In this document: positions 45,369 to 59,100 of the stretch, piece after piece
Layout: the number at the start of each line of letters is the position of its first letter
Position numbering within the stretch: the first letter of the stretch is position 1
Source of the DNA: Paramoeba atlantica
Taxonomy: Eukaryota; Protista; Discosea
Reading direction: 5' to 3'
Assembly: GCA_977017575.1 (NCBI GenBank)
Contig: CDRNVI010000021.1
Span: 718,440 to 782,439 of the forward strand
Length of the DNA stretch: 64,000 nucleotides
Made by a program: the position numbers and the translations under genes
Notes under the pieces: generated by a model
What the model was told of the DNA's origin: nothing
What the model saw: the letters and a program-made list of their open reading frames with translations, nothing else
Database searches by the model: none

Positions 45369-45470
45369 CAGGGGGTGCACGAAATTCTGGGGGGGGGGGT
45401 CAAAATTCTTACAACTCGGCCAATTTTGGAAAATAATAGCGCACTCGAGAGCTCTCACAGAGTTACGTGT
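45369..45470 (+). mobile_element. Left TIR of the Tc1/mariner family inserted at a TA in the Merlin ORF
   Basis: TA|CAGGGGGTG...GTCAAAATT...TTTTGGAAAATAATAGCGCACTCGAGAGCTCTC resembles 9238-9340. Confidence 0.6.
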
Positions 45471-45518
45471 CATGTGATATAACGTTTTACGTAGTTTCCA
45501 GGTATATGCATTCTCCTG

Positions 45519-45909
45519 GAGGGCGGAGGTGGCGGGGTGGCAAGAATTCAAAGTTTGAAGCACATGGGGCTCAGACGGCGAGTTCAAACCCGCTCATCGC
45601 AATATTCCCGGCGGCCTCACTCTAAGAGGCTGGGCTGATAACCGACTAGGCCCAGTACTCGGAGGACCGTCCCGGACCCTCCCCTCAGGGAACCAGCTCC
45701 CTTACCAGGCTTACACCTCTTGGGTAAGCCGTGTTGACGCACAGTTCGTCGACGCAGCGTGTTGGCAACAGCACGTTGGTGCCGCCTTGGAAAAGCTGAA
45801 CCTGGTAGAGGACGTCGGCCTCGGAACTTCCAAATCTGTCTGTGAAGGGTCTGGCTTGCCAGTGACCATCCGGATCAATCCGGAATGATTTGGATTTTTT
45901 GGATTTTTG
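45519..45909 (+). mobile_element. tRNA-derived SINE family 1 at the start of the 2-kb array
   Basis: 11-bp TSD GCATTCTCCTG (45508-45518 and 45910-45920). Confidence 0.88.
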
Positions 45910-46290
45910 GCATTCTCCTGAATACCGTAAAAAGGGCAACTGCAAGTTTTTTTTCTGGTAAGAAAAAAGTTAGTATCCACAATTTCCACCTTTTTTCTCC
46001 AGCACAATTTTCACACGGGTTGAAACACTCTTTAAAGTCCTCAAAAATACATCGTATTGCGCCTCTTCTAATTTTTCGACCCCAGAAGCGATCTCTCGTC
46101 TCAAATCTGCACGATTCGTTGGACAAAGCGAGTTTTTATGCTCGTCCATATCAGAATCGAGAATTTTTTAACCATGATAGTTTACGAGAGGAAATTTAGA
46201 CGAGAACAAATACGAATTTGAAAAGACTTCTTTTTCTCTAATGGCCCTCGAGGCACATAATCTCTGATTATGAATTCTATTATATCTTTT

Positions 46291-46495
46291 AACCCAGATT
46301 GAAAGGGGCGAGGGAGATACGAAGCAACAGGCGTGGCAGATTCCCACTGAAAAGAAATGGTATCTCCCCGCACGAGAAAAGCCTTTGCGCTTTCTAGCTC
46401 GGAGACAAACTTCGTGCGGGAGATACCATTTCTTTTCAGTGGGAATCTGCCACGCCTGTTGCTTCGTATCTCCCTCGCCCCTTTCAATCTGGGTT
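46291..46495. repeat. GGGAGATAC-family palindrome, variant 2 (one per array unit)
   Basis: The 85-nt and 84-nt arms (46291-46375 and 46412-46495) are complementary apart from a one-base bulge, around a 36-nt spacer. Confidence 0.92.
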
Positions 46496-46557
46496 TAATA
46501 TAGGAATAGAGTTTATCTTCTGCTAAACGTTTTTCTAGAAGTTTTTCTTAATCATAA

Positions 46558-47151
46558 GTGATGGCTGAACTTTATGTGCGTTTGCACTGTTTTAACTGCG
46601 ATAAGGTTACTCAGTTCCGTGCTCGGACTCCTTCCTCTTGCCTTGATTGCGGCAACGAGCACACTAATGAGGAATGCACCTCACTTGAAATGTGCGGCCA
46701 CTGCTCCGAGTTTTGCGTGCCTGTTGGCTGCAACATTTGCCACTCTTGCAATAAGCCGCAAGATCATCAAACCTTGGGTCCTGAAGTTGTGGCAAAGTGT
46801 GCCAAGCGTGGGTTGGACCAAAAGAGAGTCCAGGAAGCATGCTGTGTCTACGAAGGGTGGACAGTATGCCAACGGAAGTTGACATTCGCACTTGTGTCCC
46901 AAGTACTTTGCATTATACAGCGAAGCTTTACTGTAGGAAAGTCGAAAGTGTATAGCCGTGCGGCAACTTCCGTAGCCGAATATTTCCGTCGTGAGCTTCC
47001 CTCTGCAGACGCCCCCGTTCTATCAAAGACGATGCGCCGCATTTGGACAACCTACAAGGGAACTGCTGCCAAGAGTGTTAAGGAGCAAAGGGAAGAGCGA
47101 ATTGCTATGATCCATGATCAGATTGGAGACCTGCTTGAAGGAAGGAAGTAA
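46558..47151 (+). CDS. Cys-rich (multi zinc-ribbon-like) hypothetical protein, repeated in each array unit
   Basis: 197-aa ORF with CFNC, CLDC, CGHC and CNICHSC knuckles, then a basic helical C-terminus. Copies at 48553, 50548, 52543 and 54538 are identical; later copies are broken by single-base indels. Confidence 0.55.
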   Translation: MMAELYVRLHCFNCDKVTQFRARTPSSCLDCGNEHTNEECTSLEMCGHCSEFCVPVGCNICHSCNKPQDHQTLGPEVVAKCAKRGLDQKRVQEACCVYEGWTVCQRKLTFALVSQVLCIIQRSFTVGKSKVYSRAATSVAEYFRRELPSADAPVLSKTMRRIWTTYKGTAAKSVKEQREERIAMIHDQIGDLLEGRK

Positions 47152-50100
47152 GACGAAGGAAGAAGAGACCTGCTTGAAGGATATACAATCCGTCGTGATC
47201 GTTTGTATTTGGCTAAAAAGGTGGAGGTGGCGGAGTAGGGGGAGGTGGCGGAGTAGGGGGAGGTGGCGGAGTGGCAAGAACTCAAAGTTTGAAGCACATG
47301 GTGCTCAGACGGCGAGTTCAAACCCGTTCATCGCAGTTATTCCGGAGGCCTCACTCTAAGAGGCTGGGCTGATAACCGACTAGGCCCAGTACTCGGAGGA
47401 CCGTCCCGGACCCTCCCCTCAGGGAACCAGCTCCCTTACCCGGCTCACACCTCTTGGGTGAGCCATGTTGACGCACAGTTCGTCGACGCAGCGTGTTGGT
47501 AACAGCACGTTGGTGCCGCCTTGGAAAAGCTGAAACTGGTAGAGGACGTCGGCCTCGGAACTTCCAAATCTGTCTGTGAAGGGTCTGGCTTGCCAGTGAC
47601 CATCCGGAGCAATCCGGAATGATTTGGATTTTGGATTGGACTAGGCCCAGTACTCGGAGGACCGTCCCGGACCCTCCCCTCAGGGAACCAGCTCCCTTAC
47701 CCGGCTCACACCTCTTGGTTAAGCCGTGTTGACGCACAGTTCGTCGACGCAGCGTGTTGGCAACAGCACGTTGGTGCCGCCTTGGACAAGCGGAAACTGG
47801 TAGAGGACGTCGGCCTCGGAACTTCCAAATCTGTCTGTGAAGGGTCTGGCTTGCCAGTGACCATCCGGATCAATCCGGAATGATTTGGATTTTTTGGATT
47901 TTTGGCATTCTCCTGAATACCGTAAAAAGGGCAACTGCAAGTTTTTTTTCTGGTAAGAAAAAAGTTAGTATCCACAATTTCCACCTTTTTTCTCCAGCAC
48001 AATTTTCACACGGGTTGAAACACTCTTTAAAGTCCTCAAAAATACATCGTATTGCGCCTCTTCTAATTTTTCGACCCCAGAAGCGATCTCTCGTCTCAAA
48101 TCTGCACGATTCGTTGGACAAAGCGAGTTTTTATGCTCGTCCATATCAGAATCGAGAATTTTTTAACCATGATAGTTTACGAGAGGAAATTTAGACGAGA
48201 ACAAATACGAATTTGAAAAGACTTCTTTTTCTCTAATGGCCCTCGAGGCACATAATCTCTGATTATGAATTCTATTATATCTTTTAACCCAGATTGAAAG
48301 GGGCGAGGGAGATACGAAGCAACAGGCGTGGCAGATTCCCACTGAAAAGAAATGGTATCTCCCCGCACGAGAAAAGCCTTTGCGCTTTCTAGCTCGGAGA
48401 CAAACTTCGTGCGGGAGATACCATTTCTTTTCAGTGGGAATCTGCCACGCCTGTTGCTTCGTATCTCCCTCGCCCCTTTCAATCTGGGTTTAATATAGGA
48501 ATAGAGTTTATCTTCTGCTAAACGTTTTTCTAGAAGTTTTTCTTAATCATAAGTGATGGCTGAACTTTATGTGCGTTTGCACTGTTTTAACTGCGATAAG
48601 GTTACTCAGTTCCGTGCTCGGACTCCTTCCTCTTGCCTTGATTGCGGCAACGAGCACACTAATGAGGAATGCACCTCACTTGAAATGTGCGGCCACTGCT
48701 CCGAGTTTTGCGTGCCTGTTGGCTGCAACATTTGCCACTCTTGCAATAAGCCGCAAGATCATCAAACCTTGGGTCCTGAAGTTGTGGCAAAGTGTGCCAA
48801 GCGTGGGTTGGACCAAAAGAGAGTCCAGGAAGCATGCTGTGTCTACGAAGGGTGGACAGTATGCCAACGGAAGTTGACATTCGCACTTGTGTCCCAAGTA
48901 CTTTGCATTATACAGCGAAGCTTTACTGTAGGAAAGTCGAAAGTGTATAGCCGTGCGGCAACTTCCGTAGCCGAATATTTCCGTCGTGAGCTTCCCTCTG
49001 CAGACGCCCCCGTTCTATCAAAGACGATGCGCCGCATTTGGACAACCTACAAGGGAACTGCTGCCAAGAGTGTTAAGGAGCAAAGGGAAGAGCGAATTGC
49101 TATGATCCATGATCAGATTGGAGACCTGCTTGAAGGAAGGAAGTAAGACGAAGGAAGAAGAGACCTGCTTGAAGGATATACAATCCGTCGTGATCGTTTG
49201 TATTTGGCTAAAAAGGTGGAGGTGGCGGAGTAGGGGGAGGTGGCGGAGTAGGGGGAGGTGGCGGAGTGGCAAGAACTCAAAGTTTGAAGCACATGGTGCT
49301 CAGACGGCGAGTTCAAACCCGTTCATCGCAGTATTCCCGGAGGCCTCACTCTAAGAGGCTGGGCTGATAACCGACTAGGCCCAGTACTCGGAGGACCGTC
49401 CCGGACCCTCCCCTCAGGGAACCAGCTCCCTTACCCGGCTCACACCTCTTGGGTGAGCCATGTTGACGCACAGTTCGTCGACGCAGCGTGTTGGTAACAG
49501 CACGTTGGTGCCGCCTTGGAAAAGCTGAAACTGGTAGAGGACGTCGGCCTCGGAACTTCCAAATCTGTCTGTGAAGGGTCTGGCTTGCCAGTGACCATCC
49601 GGAGCAATCCGGAATGATTTGGATTTTGGATTGGACTAGGCCCAGTACTCGGAGGACCGTCCCGGACCCTCCCCTCAGGGAACCAGCTCCCTTACCCGGC
49701 TCACACCTCTTGGTTAAGCCGTGTTGACGCACAGTTCGTCGACGCAGCGTGTTGGCAACAGCACGTTGGTGCCGCCTTGGACAAGCGGAAACTGGTAGAG
49801 GACGTCGGCCTCGGAACTTCCAAATCTGTCTGTGAAGGGTCTGGCTTGCCAGTGACCATCCGGATCAATCCGGAATGATTTGGATTTTTTGGATTTTTGG
49901 CATTCTCCTGAATACCGTAAAAAGGGCAACTGCAAGTTTTTTTTCTGGTAAGAAAAAAGTTAGTATCCACAATTTCCACCTTTTTTCTCCAGCACAATTT
50001 TCACACGGGTTGAAACACTCTTTAAAGTCCTCAAAAATACATCGTATTGCGCCTCTTCTAATTTTTCGACCCCAGAAGCGATCTCTCGTCTCAAATCTGC

Positions 50101-53100
50101 ACGATTCGTTGGACAAAGCGAGTTTTTATGCTCGTCCATATCAGAATCGAGAATTTTTTAACCATGATAGTTTACGAGAGGAAATTTAGACGAGAACAAA
50201 TACGAATTTGAAAAGACTTCTTTTTCTCTAATGGCCCTCGAGGCACATAATCTCTGATTATGAATTCTATTATATCTTTTAACCCAGATTGAAAGGGGCG
50301 AGGGAGATACGAAGCAACAGGCGTGGCAGATTCCCACTGAAAAGAAATGGTATCTCCCCGCACGAGAAAAGCCTTTGCGCTTTCTAGCTCGGAGACAAAC
50401 TTCGTGCGGGAGATACCATTTCTTTTCAGTGGGAATCTGCCACGCCTGTTGCTTCGTATCTCCCTCGCCCCTTTCAATCTGGGTTTAATATAGGAATAGA
50501 GTTTATCTTCTGCTAAACGTTTTTCTAGAAGTTTTTCTTAATCATAAGTGATGGCTGAACTTTATGTGCGTTTGCACTGTTTTAACTGCGATAAGGTTAC
50601 TCAGTTCCGTGCTCGGACTCCTTCCTCTTGCCTTGATTGCGGCAACGAGCACACTAATGAGGAATGCACCTCACTTGAAATGTGCGGCCACTGCTCCGAG
50701 TTTTGCGTGCCTGTTGGCTGCAACATTTGCCACTCTTGCAATAAGCCGCAAGATCATCAAACCTTGGGTCCTGAAGTTGTGGCAAAGTGTGCCAAGCGTG
50801 GGTTGGACCAAAAGAGAGTCCAGGAAGCATGCTGTGTCTACGAAGGGTGGACAGTATGCCAACGGAAGTTGACATTCGCACTTGTGTCCCAAGTACTTTG
50901 CATTATACAGCGAAGCTTTACTGTAGGAAAGTCGAAAGTGTATAGCCGTGCGGCAACTTCCGTAGCCGAATATTTCCGTCGTGAGCTTCCCTCTGCAGAC
51001 GCCCCCGTTCTATCAAAGACGATGCGCCGCATTTGGACAACCTACAAGGGAACTGCTGCCAAGAGTGTTAAGGAGCAAAGGGAAGAGCGAATTGCTATGA
51101 TCCATGATCAGATTGGAGACCTGCTTGAAGGAAGGAAGTAAGACGAAGGAAGAAGAGACCTGCTTGAAGGATATACAATCCGTCGTGATCGTTTGTATTT
51201 GGCTAAAAAGGTGGAGGTGGCGGAGTAGGGGGAGGTGGCGGAGTAGGGGGAGGTGGCGGAGTGGCAAGAACTCAAAGTTTGAAGCACATGGTGCTCAGAC
51301 GGCGAGTTCAAACCCGTTCATCGCAGTATTCCCGGAGGCCTCACTCTAAGAGGCTGGGCTGATAACCGACTAGGCCCAGTACTCGGAGGACCGTCCCGGA
51401 CCCTCCCCTCAGGGAACCAGCTCCCTTACCCGGCTCACACCTCTTGGGTGAGCTATGTTGACGCACAGTTCGTCGACGCAGCGTGTTGGTAACAGCACGT
51501 TGGTGCCGCCTTGGAAAAGCTGAAACTGGTAGAGGACGTCGGCCTCGGAACTTCCAAATCTGTCTGTGAAGGGTCTGGCTTGCCAGTGACCATCCGGAGC
51601 AATCCGGAATGATTTGGATTTTGGATTGGACTAGGCCCAGTACTCGGAGGACCGTCCCGGACCCTCCCCACAGGGAACCAGCTCCCTTACCAGGCTTACA
51701 CCTCTTGGTTAAGCCGTGTTGACGCACAGTTCGTCGACGCAGCGTGTTGGCAACAGCACGTTGGTGCCGCCTTGGACAAGCGGAAACTGGTAGAGGACGT
51801 CGGCCTCGGAACTTCCAAATCTGTCTGTGAAGGGTCTGGCTTGCCAGTGACCATCCGGATCAATCCGGAATGATTTGGATTTTTTGGATTTTTGGCATTC
51901 TCCTGAATACCGTAAAAAGGGCAACTGCAAGTTTTTTTTCTGGTAAGAAAAAAGTTAGTATCCACAATTTCCACCTTTTTTCTCCAGCACAATTTTCACA
52001 CGGGTTGAAACACTCTTTAAAGTCCTCAAAAATACATCGTATTGCGCCTCTTCTAATTTTTCGACCCCAGAAGCGATCTCTCGTCTCAAATCTGCACGAT
52101 TCGTTGGACAAAGCGAGTTTTTATGCTCGTCCATATCAGAATCGAGAATTTTTTAACCATGATAGTTTACGAGAGGAAATTTAGACGAGAACAAATACGA
52201 ATTTGAAAAGACTTCTTTTTCTCTAATGGCCCTCGAGGCACATAATCTCTGATTATGAATTCTATTATATCTTTTAACCCAGATTGAAAGGGGCGAGGGA
52301 GATACGAAGCAACAGGCGTGGCAGATTCCCACTGAAAAGAAATGGTATCTCCCCGCACGAGAAAAGCCTTTGCGCTTTCTAGCTCGGAGACAAACTTCGT
52401 GCGGGAGATACCATTTCTTTTCAGTGGGAATCTGCCACGCCTGTTGCTTCGTATCTCCCTCGCCCCTTTCAATCTGGGTTTAATATAGGAATAGAGTTTA
52501 TCTTCTGCTAAACGTTTTTCTAGAAGTTTTTCTTAATCATAAGTGATGGCTGAACTTTATGTGCGTTTGCACTGTTTTAACTGCGATAAGGTTACTCAGT
52601 TCCGTGCTCGGACTCCTTCCTCTTGCCTTGATTGCGGCAACGAGCACACTAATGAGGAATGCACCTCACTTGAAATGTGCGGCCACTGCTCCGAGTTTTG
52701 CGTGCCTGTTGGCTGCAACATTTGCCACTCTTGCAATAAGCCGCAAGATCATCAAACCTTGGGTCCTGAAGTTGTGGCAAAGTGTGCCAAGCGTGGGTTG
52801 GACCAAAAGAGAGTCCAGGAAGCATGCTGTGTCTACGAAGGGTGGACAGTATGCCAACGGAAGTTGACATTCGCACTTGTGTCCCAAGTACTTTGCATTA
52901 TACAGCGAAGCTTTACTGTAGGAAAGTCGAAAGTGTATAGCCGTGCGGCAACTTCCGTAGCCGAATATTTCCGTCGTGAGCTTCCCTCTGCAGACGCCCC
53001 CGTTCTATCAAAGACGATGCGCCGCATTTGGACAACCTACAAGGGAACTGCTGCCAAGAGTGTTAAGGAGCAAAGGGAAGAGCGAATTGCTATGATCCAT

Positions 53101-56100
53101 GATCAGATTGGAGACCTGCTTGAAGGAAGGAAGTAAGACGAAGGAAGAAGAGACCTGCTTGAAGGATATACAATCCGTCGTGATCGTTTGTATTTGGCTA
53201 AAAAGGTGGAGGTGGCGGAGTAGGGGGAGGTGGCGGAGTAGGGGGAGGTGGCGGAGTGGCAAGAACTCAAAGTTTGAAGCACATGGTGCTCAGACGGCGA
53301 GTTCAAACCCGTTCATCGCAGTATTCCCGGAGGCCTCACTCTAAGAGGCTGGGCTGATAACCGACTAGGCCCAGTACTCGGAGGACCGTCCCGGACCCTC
53401 CCCTCAGGGAACCAGCTCCCTTACCCGGCTCACACCTCTTGGGTGAGCTATGTTGACGCACAGTTCGTCGACGCAGCGTGTTGGTAACAGCACGTTGGTG
53501 CCGCCTTGGAAAAGCTGAAACTGGTAGAGGACGTCGGCCTCGGAACTTCCAAATCTGTCTGTGAAGGGTCTGGCTTGCCAGTGACCATCCGGAGCAATCC
53601 GGAATGATTTGGATTTTGGATTGGACTAGGCCCAGTACTCGGAGGACCGTCCCGGACCCTCCCCACAGGGAACCAGCTCCCTTACCAGGCTTACACCTCT
53701 TGGTTAAGCCGTGTTGACGCACAGTTCGTCGACGCAGCGTGTTGGCAACAGCACGTTGGTGCCGCCTTGGACAAGCGGAAACTGGTAGAGGACGTCGGCC
53801 TCGGAACTTCCAAATCTGTCTGTGAAGGGTCTGGCTTGCCAGTGACCATCCGGATCAATCCGGAATGATTTGGATTTTTTGGATTTTTGGCATTCTCCTG
53901 AATACCGTAAAAAGGGCAACTGCAAGTTTTTTTTCTGGTAAGAAAAAAGTTAGTATCCACAATTTCCACCTTTTTTCTCCAGCACAATTTTCACACGGGT
54001 TGAAACACTCTTTAAAGTCCTCAAAAATACATCGTATTGCGCCTCTTCTAATTTTTCGACCCCAGAAGCGATCTCTCGTCTCAAATCTGCACGATTCGTT
54101 GGACAAAGCGAGTTTTTATGCTCGTCCATATCAGAATCGAGAATTTTTTAACCATGATAGTTTACGAGAGGAAATTTAGACGAGAACAAATACGAATTTG
54201 AAAAGACTTCTTTTTCTCTAATGGCCCTCGAGGCACATAATCTCTGATTATGAATTCTATTATATCTTTTAACCCAGATTGAAAGGGGCGAGGGAGATAC
54301 GAAGCAACAGGCGTGGCAGATTCCCACTGAAAAGAAATGGTATCTCCCCGCACGAGAAAAGCCTTTGCGCTTTCTAGCTCGGAGACAAACTTCGTGCGGG
54401 AGATACCATTTCTTTTCAGTGGGAATCTGCCACGCCTGTTGCTTCGTATCTCCCTCGCCCCTTTCAATCTGGGTTTAATATAGGAATAGAGTTTATCTTC
54501 TGCTAAACGTTTTTCTAGAAGTTTTTCTTAATCATAAGTGATGGCTGAACTTTATGTGCGTTTGCACTGTTTTAACTGCGATAAGGTTACTCAGTTCCGT
54601 GCTCGGACTCCTTCCTCTTGCCTTGATTGCGGCAACGAGCACACTAATGAGGAATGCACCTCACTTGAAATGTGCGGCCACTGCTCCGAGTTTTGCGTGC
54701 CTGTTGGCTGCAACATTTGCCACTCTTGCAATAAGCCGCAAGATCATCAAACCTTGGGTCCTGAAGTTGTGGCAAAGTGTGCCAAGCGTGGGTTGGACCA
54801 AAAGAGAGTCCAGGAAGCATGCTGTGTCTACGAAGGGTGGACAGTATGCCAACGGAAGTTGACATTCGCACTTGTGTCCCAAGTACTTTGCATTATACAG
54901 CGAAGCTTTACTGTAGGAAAGTCGAAAGTGTATAGCCGTGCGGCAACTTCCGTAGCCGAATATTTCCGTCGTGAGCTTCCCTCTGCAGACGCCCCCGTTC
55001 TATCAAAGACGATGCGCCGCATTTGGACAACCTACAAGGGAACTGCTGCCAAGAGTGTTAAGGAGCAAAGGGAAGAGCGAATTGCTATGATCCATGATCA
55101 GATTGGAGACCTGCTTGAAGGAAGGAAGTAAGACGAAGGAAGAAGAGACCTGCTTGAAGGATATACAATCCGTCGTGATCGTTTGTATTTGGCTAAAAAG
55201 GTGGAGGTGGCGGAGTAGGGGGAGGTGGCGGAGTAGGGGGAGGTGGCGGAGTGGCAAGAACTCAAAGTTTGAAGCACATGGTGCTCAGACGGCGAGTTCA
55301 AACCCGTTCATCGCAGTATTCCCGGAGGCCTCACTCTAAGAGGCTGGGCTGATAACCGACTAGGCCCAGTACTCGGAGGACCGTCCCGGACCCTCCCCTC
55401 AGGGAACCAGCTCCCTTACCCGGCTCACACCTCTTGGGTGAGCCATGTTGACGCACAGTTCGTCGACGCAGCGTGTTGGTAACAGCACGTTGGTGCCGCC
55501 TTGGAAAAGCTGAAACTGGTAGAGGACGTCGGCCTCGGAACTTCCAAATCTGTCTGTGAAGGGTCTGGCTTGCCAGTGACCATCCGGATCAATCCGGAAT
55601 GATTTGGATTTTTTGGATTTTTGGCATTCTCCTGAATACCGTAAAAAGGGCAACTGCAAGTTTTTTTTCTGGTAAGAAAAAAGTTAGTATCCACAATTTC
55701 CACCTTTTTTCTCCAGCACAATTTTCACACGGGTTGAAACACTCTTTAAAGTCCTCAAAAATACATCGTATTGCGCCTCTTCTAATTTTTCGACCCCAGA
55801 AGCGATCTCTCGTCTCAAATCTGCACGATTCGTTGGACAAAGCGAGTTTTTATGCTCGTCCATATCAGAATCGAGAATTTTTTAACCATGATAGTTTACG
55901 AGAGGAAATTTAGACGAGAACAAATACGAATTTGAAAAGACTTCTTTTTCTCTAATGGCCCTCGAGGCACATAATCTCTGATTATGAATTCTATTATATC
56001 TTTTAACCCAGATTGAAAGGGGCGAGGGAGATACGAAGCAACAGGCGTGGCAGATTCCCACTGAAAAGAAATGGTATCTCCCCGCACGAGAAAAGCCTTT

Positions 56101-59100
56101 GCGCTTTCTAGCTCGGAGACAAACTTCGTGCGGGAGATACCATTTCTTTTCAGTGGGAATCTGCCACGCCTGTTGCTTCGTATCTCCCTCGCCCCTTTCA
56201 ATCTGGTTTAATATAGGAATAGAGTTTATCTTCTGCTAAACGTTTTTCTAGAAGTTTTTCTTAATCATAAGTGATGGCTGAACTTTATGTGCGTTTGCAC
56301 TGTTTTAACTGCGATAAGGTTACTCAGTTCCGTGCTCGGACTCCTTCCTCTTGCCTTGATTGCGGCAACGAGCACACTAATGAGGAATGCACCTCACTTG
56401 AAATGTGCGGCCACTGCTCCGAGTTTTGCGTGCCTGTTGGCTGCAACATTTGCCACTCTTGCAATAAGCCGCAAGATCATCAAACCTTGGGTCCTGAAGT
56501 TGTGGCAAAGTGTGCCAAGCGTGGGTTGGACCAAAAGAGAGTCCAGGAAGCATGCTGTGTCTACGAAGGGTGGACAGTATGCCAACGGAAGTTGACATTC
56601 GCACTTGTGTCCCAAGTACTTTGCATTATACAGCGAAGCTTTACTGTAGGAAAGTCGAAAGTGTATAGCCGTGCGGCAACTTCCGTAGCCGAATATTTCC
56701 GTCGTGAGCTTCCCTCTGCAGACGCCCCCGTTCTATCAAAGACGATGCGCCGCATTTGGGACAACCTACAAGGGAACTGCTGCCAAGAGTGTTAAGGAGC
56801 AAAGGGAAGAGCGAATTGCTATGATCCATGATCAGATTGGAGACCTGCTTGAAGGAAGGAAGTAAGACGAAGGAAGAAGAGACCTGCTTGAAGGATATAC
56901 AATCCGTCGTGATCGTTTGTATTTGGCTAAAAAGGTGGAGGTGGCGGAGTAGGGGGAGGTGGCGGAGTAGGGGGAGGTGGCGGAGTGGCAAGAACTCAAA
57001 GTTTGAAGCACATGGTGCTCAGACGGCGAGTTCAAACCCGTTCATCGCAGTATTCCCGGAGGCCTCACTCTAAGAGGCTGGGCTGATAACCGACTAGGCC
57101 CAGTACTCGGAGGACCGTCCCGGACCCTCCCCTCAGGGAACCAGCTCCCTTACCCGGCTCACACCTCTTGGGTGAGCCATGTTGACGCACAGTTCGTCGA
57201 CGCAGCGTGTTGGTAACAGCACGTTGGTGCCGCCTTGGAAAAGCTGAAACTGGTAGAGGACGTCGGCCTCGGAACTTCCAAATCTGTCTGTGAAGGGTCT
57301 GGCTTGCCAGTGACCATCCGGAGCAATCCGGAATGATTTGGATTTTGGATTGGACTAGGCCCAGTACTCGGAGGACCGTCCCGGACCCTCCCCACAGGGA
57401 ACCAGCTCCCTTACCCGGCTCACACCTCTTGGTTAAGCCGTGTTGACGCACAGTTCGTCGACGCAGCGTGTTGGCAACAGCACGTTGGTGCCGCCTTGGA
57501 AAAGCTGAAACTGGTAGAGGACGTCGGCCTCGGAACTTCCAAATCTGTCTGTGAAGGGTCTGGCTTGCCAGTGACCATCCGGATCAATCCGGAATGATTT
57601 GGATTTTTTGGATTTTTGGCATTCTCCTGAATACCGTAAAAAGGGCAACTGCAAGTTTTTTTTCTGGTAAGAAAAAAGTTAGTATCCACAATTTCCACCT
57701 TTTTTCTCCAGCACAATTTTCACACGGGTTGAAACACTCTTTAAAGTCCTCAAAAATACATCGTATTGCGCCTCTTCTAATTTTTCGACCCCAGAAGCGA
57801 TCTCTCGTCTCAAATCTGCACGATTCGTTGGACAAAGCGAGTTTTTATGCTCGTCCATATCAGAATCGAGAATTTTTAACCATGATAGTTTACGAGAGGA
57901 AATTTAGACGAGAACAAATACGAATTTGAAAAGACTTCTTTTTCTCTAATGGCCCTCGAGGCACATAATCTCTGATTATGAATTCTATTATATCTTTTAA
58001 CCCAGATTGAAAGGGGCGAGGGAGATACGAAGCAACAGGCGTGGCAGATTCCCACTGAAAAGAAATGGTATCTCCCCGCACGAGAAAAGCCTTTGCGCTT
58101 TCTAGCTCGGAGACAAACTTCGTGCGGGAGATACCATTTCTTTTCAGTGGGAATCTGCCACGCCTGTTGCTTCGTATCTCCCTCGCCCCTTTCAATCTGG
58201 GTTTAATATAGGAATAGAGTTTATCTTCTGCTAAACGTTTTTCTAGAAGTTTTTCTTAATCATAAGTGATGGCTGAACTTTATGTGCGTTTGCACTGTTT
58301 TAACTGCGATAAGGTTACTCAGTTCCGTGCTCGGACTCCTTCCTCTTGCCTTGATTGCGGCAACGAGCACACTAATGAGGAATGCACCTCACTTGAAATG
58401 TGCGGCCACTGCTCCGAGTTTTGCGTGCCTGTTGGCTGCAACATTTGCCACTCTTGCAATAAGCCGCAAGATCATCAAACCTTGGGTCCTGAAGTTGTGG
58501 CAAAGTGTGCCAAGCGTGGGTTGGACCAAAGAGAGTCCAGGAAGCATGCTGTGTCTACGAAGGGTGGACAGTATGCCAACGGAAGTTGACATTCGCACTT
58601 GTGTCCCAAGTACTTTGCATTATACAGCGAAGCTTTACTGTAGGAAAGTCGAAAGTGTATAGCCGTGCGGCAACTTCCGTAGCCGAATATTTCCGTCGTG
58701 AGCTTCCCTCTGCAGACGCCCCCGTTCTATCAAAGACGATGCGCCGCATTTGGACAACCTACAAGGGAACTGCTGCCAAGAGTGTTAAGGAGCAAAGGGA
58801 AGAGCGAATTGCTATGATCCATGATCAGATTGGAGACCTGCTTGAAGGAAGGAAGTAAGACGAAGGAAGAAGAGACCTGCTTGAAGGATATACAATCCGT
58901 CGTGATCGTTTGTATTTGGCTAAAAAGGTGGAGGTGGCGGAGTAGGGGGAGGTGGCGGAGTAGGGGGAGGTGGCGGAGTGGCAAGAACTCAAAGTTTGAA
59001 GCACATGGTGCTCAGACGGCGAGTTCAAACCCGTTCATCGCAGTATTCCCGGAGGCCTCACTCTAAGAGGCTGGGCTGATAACCGACTAGGCCCAGTACT

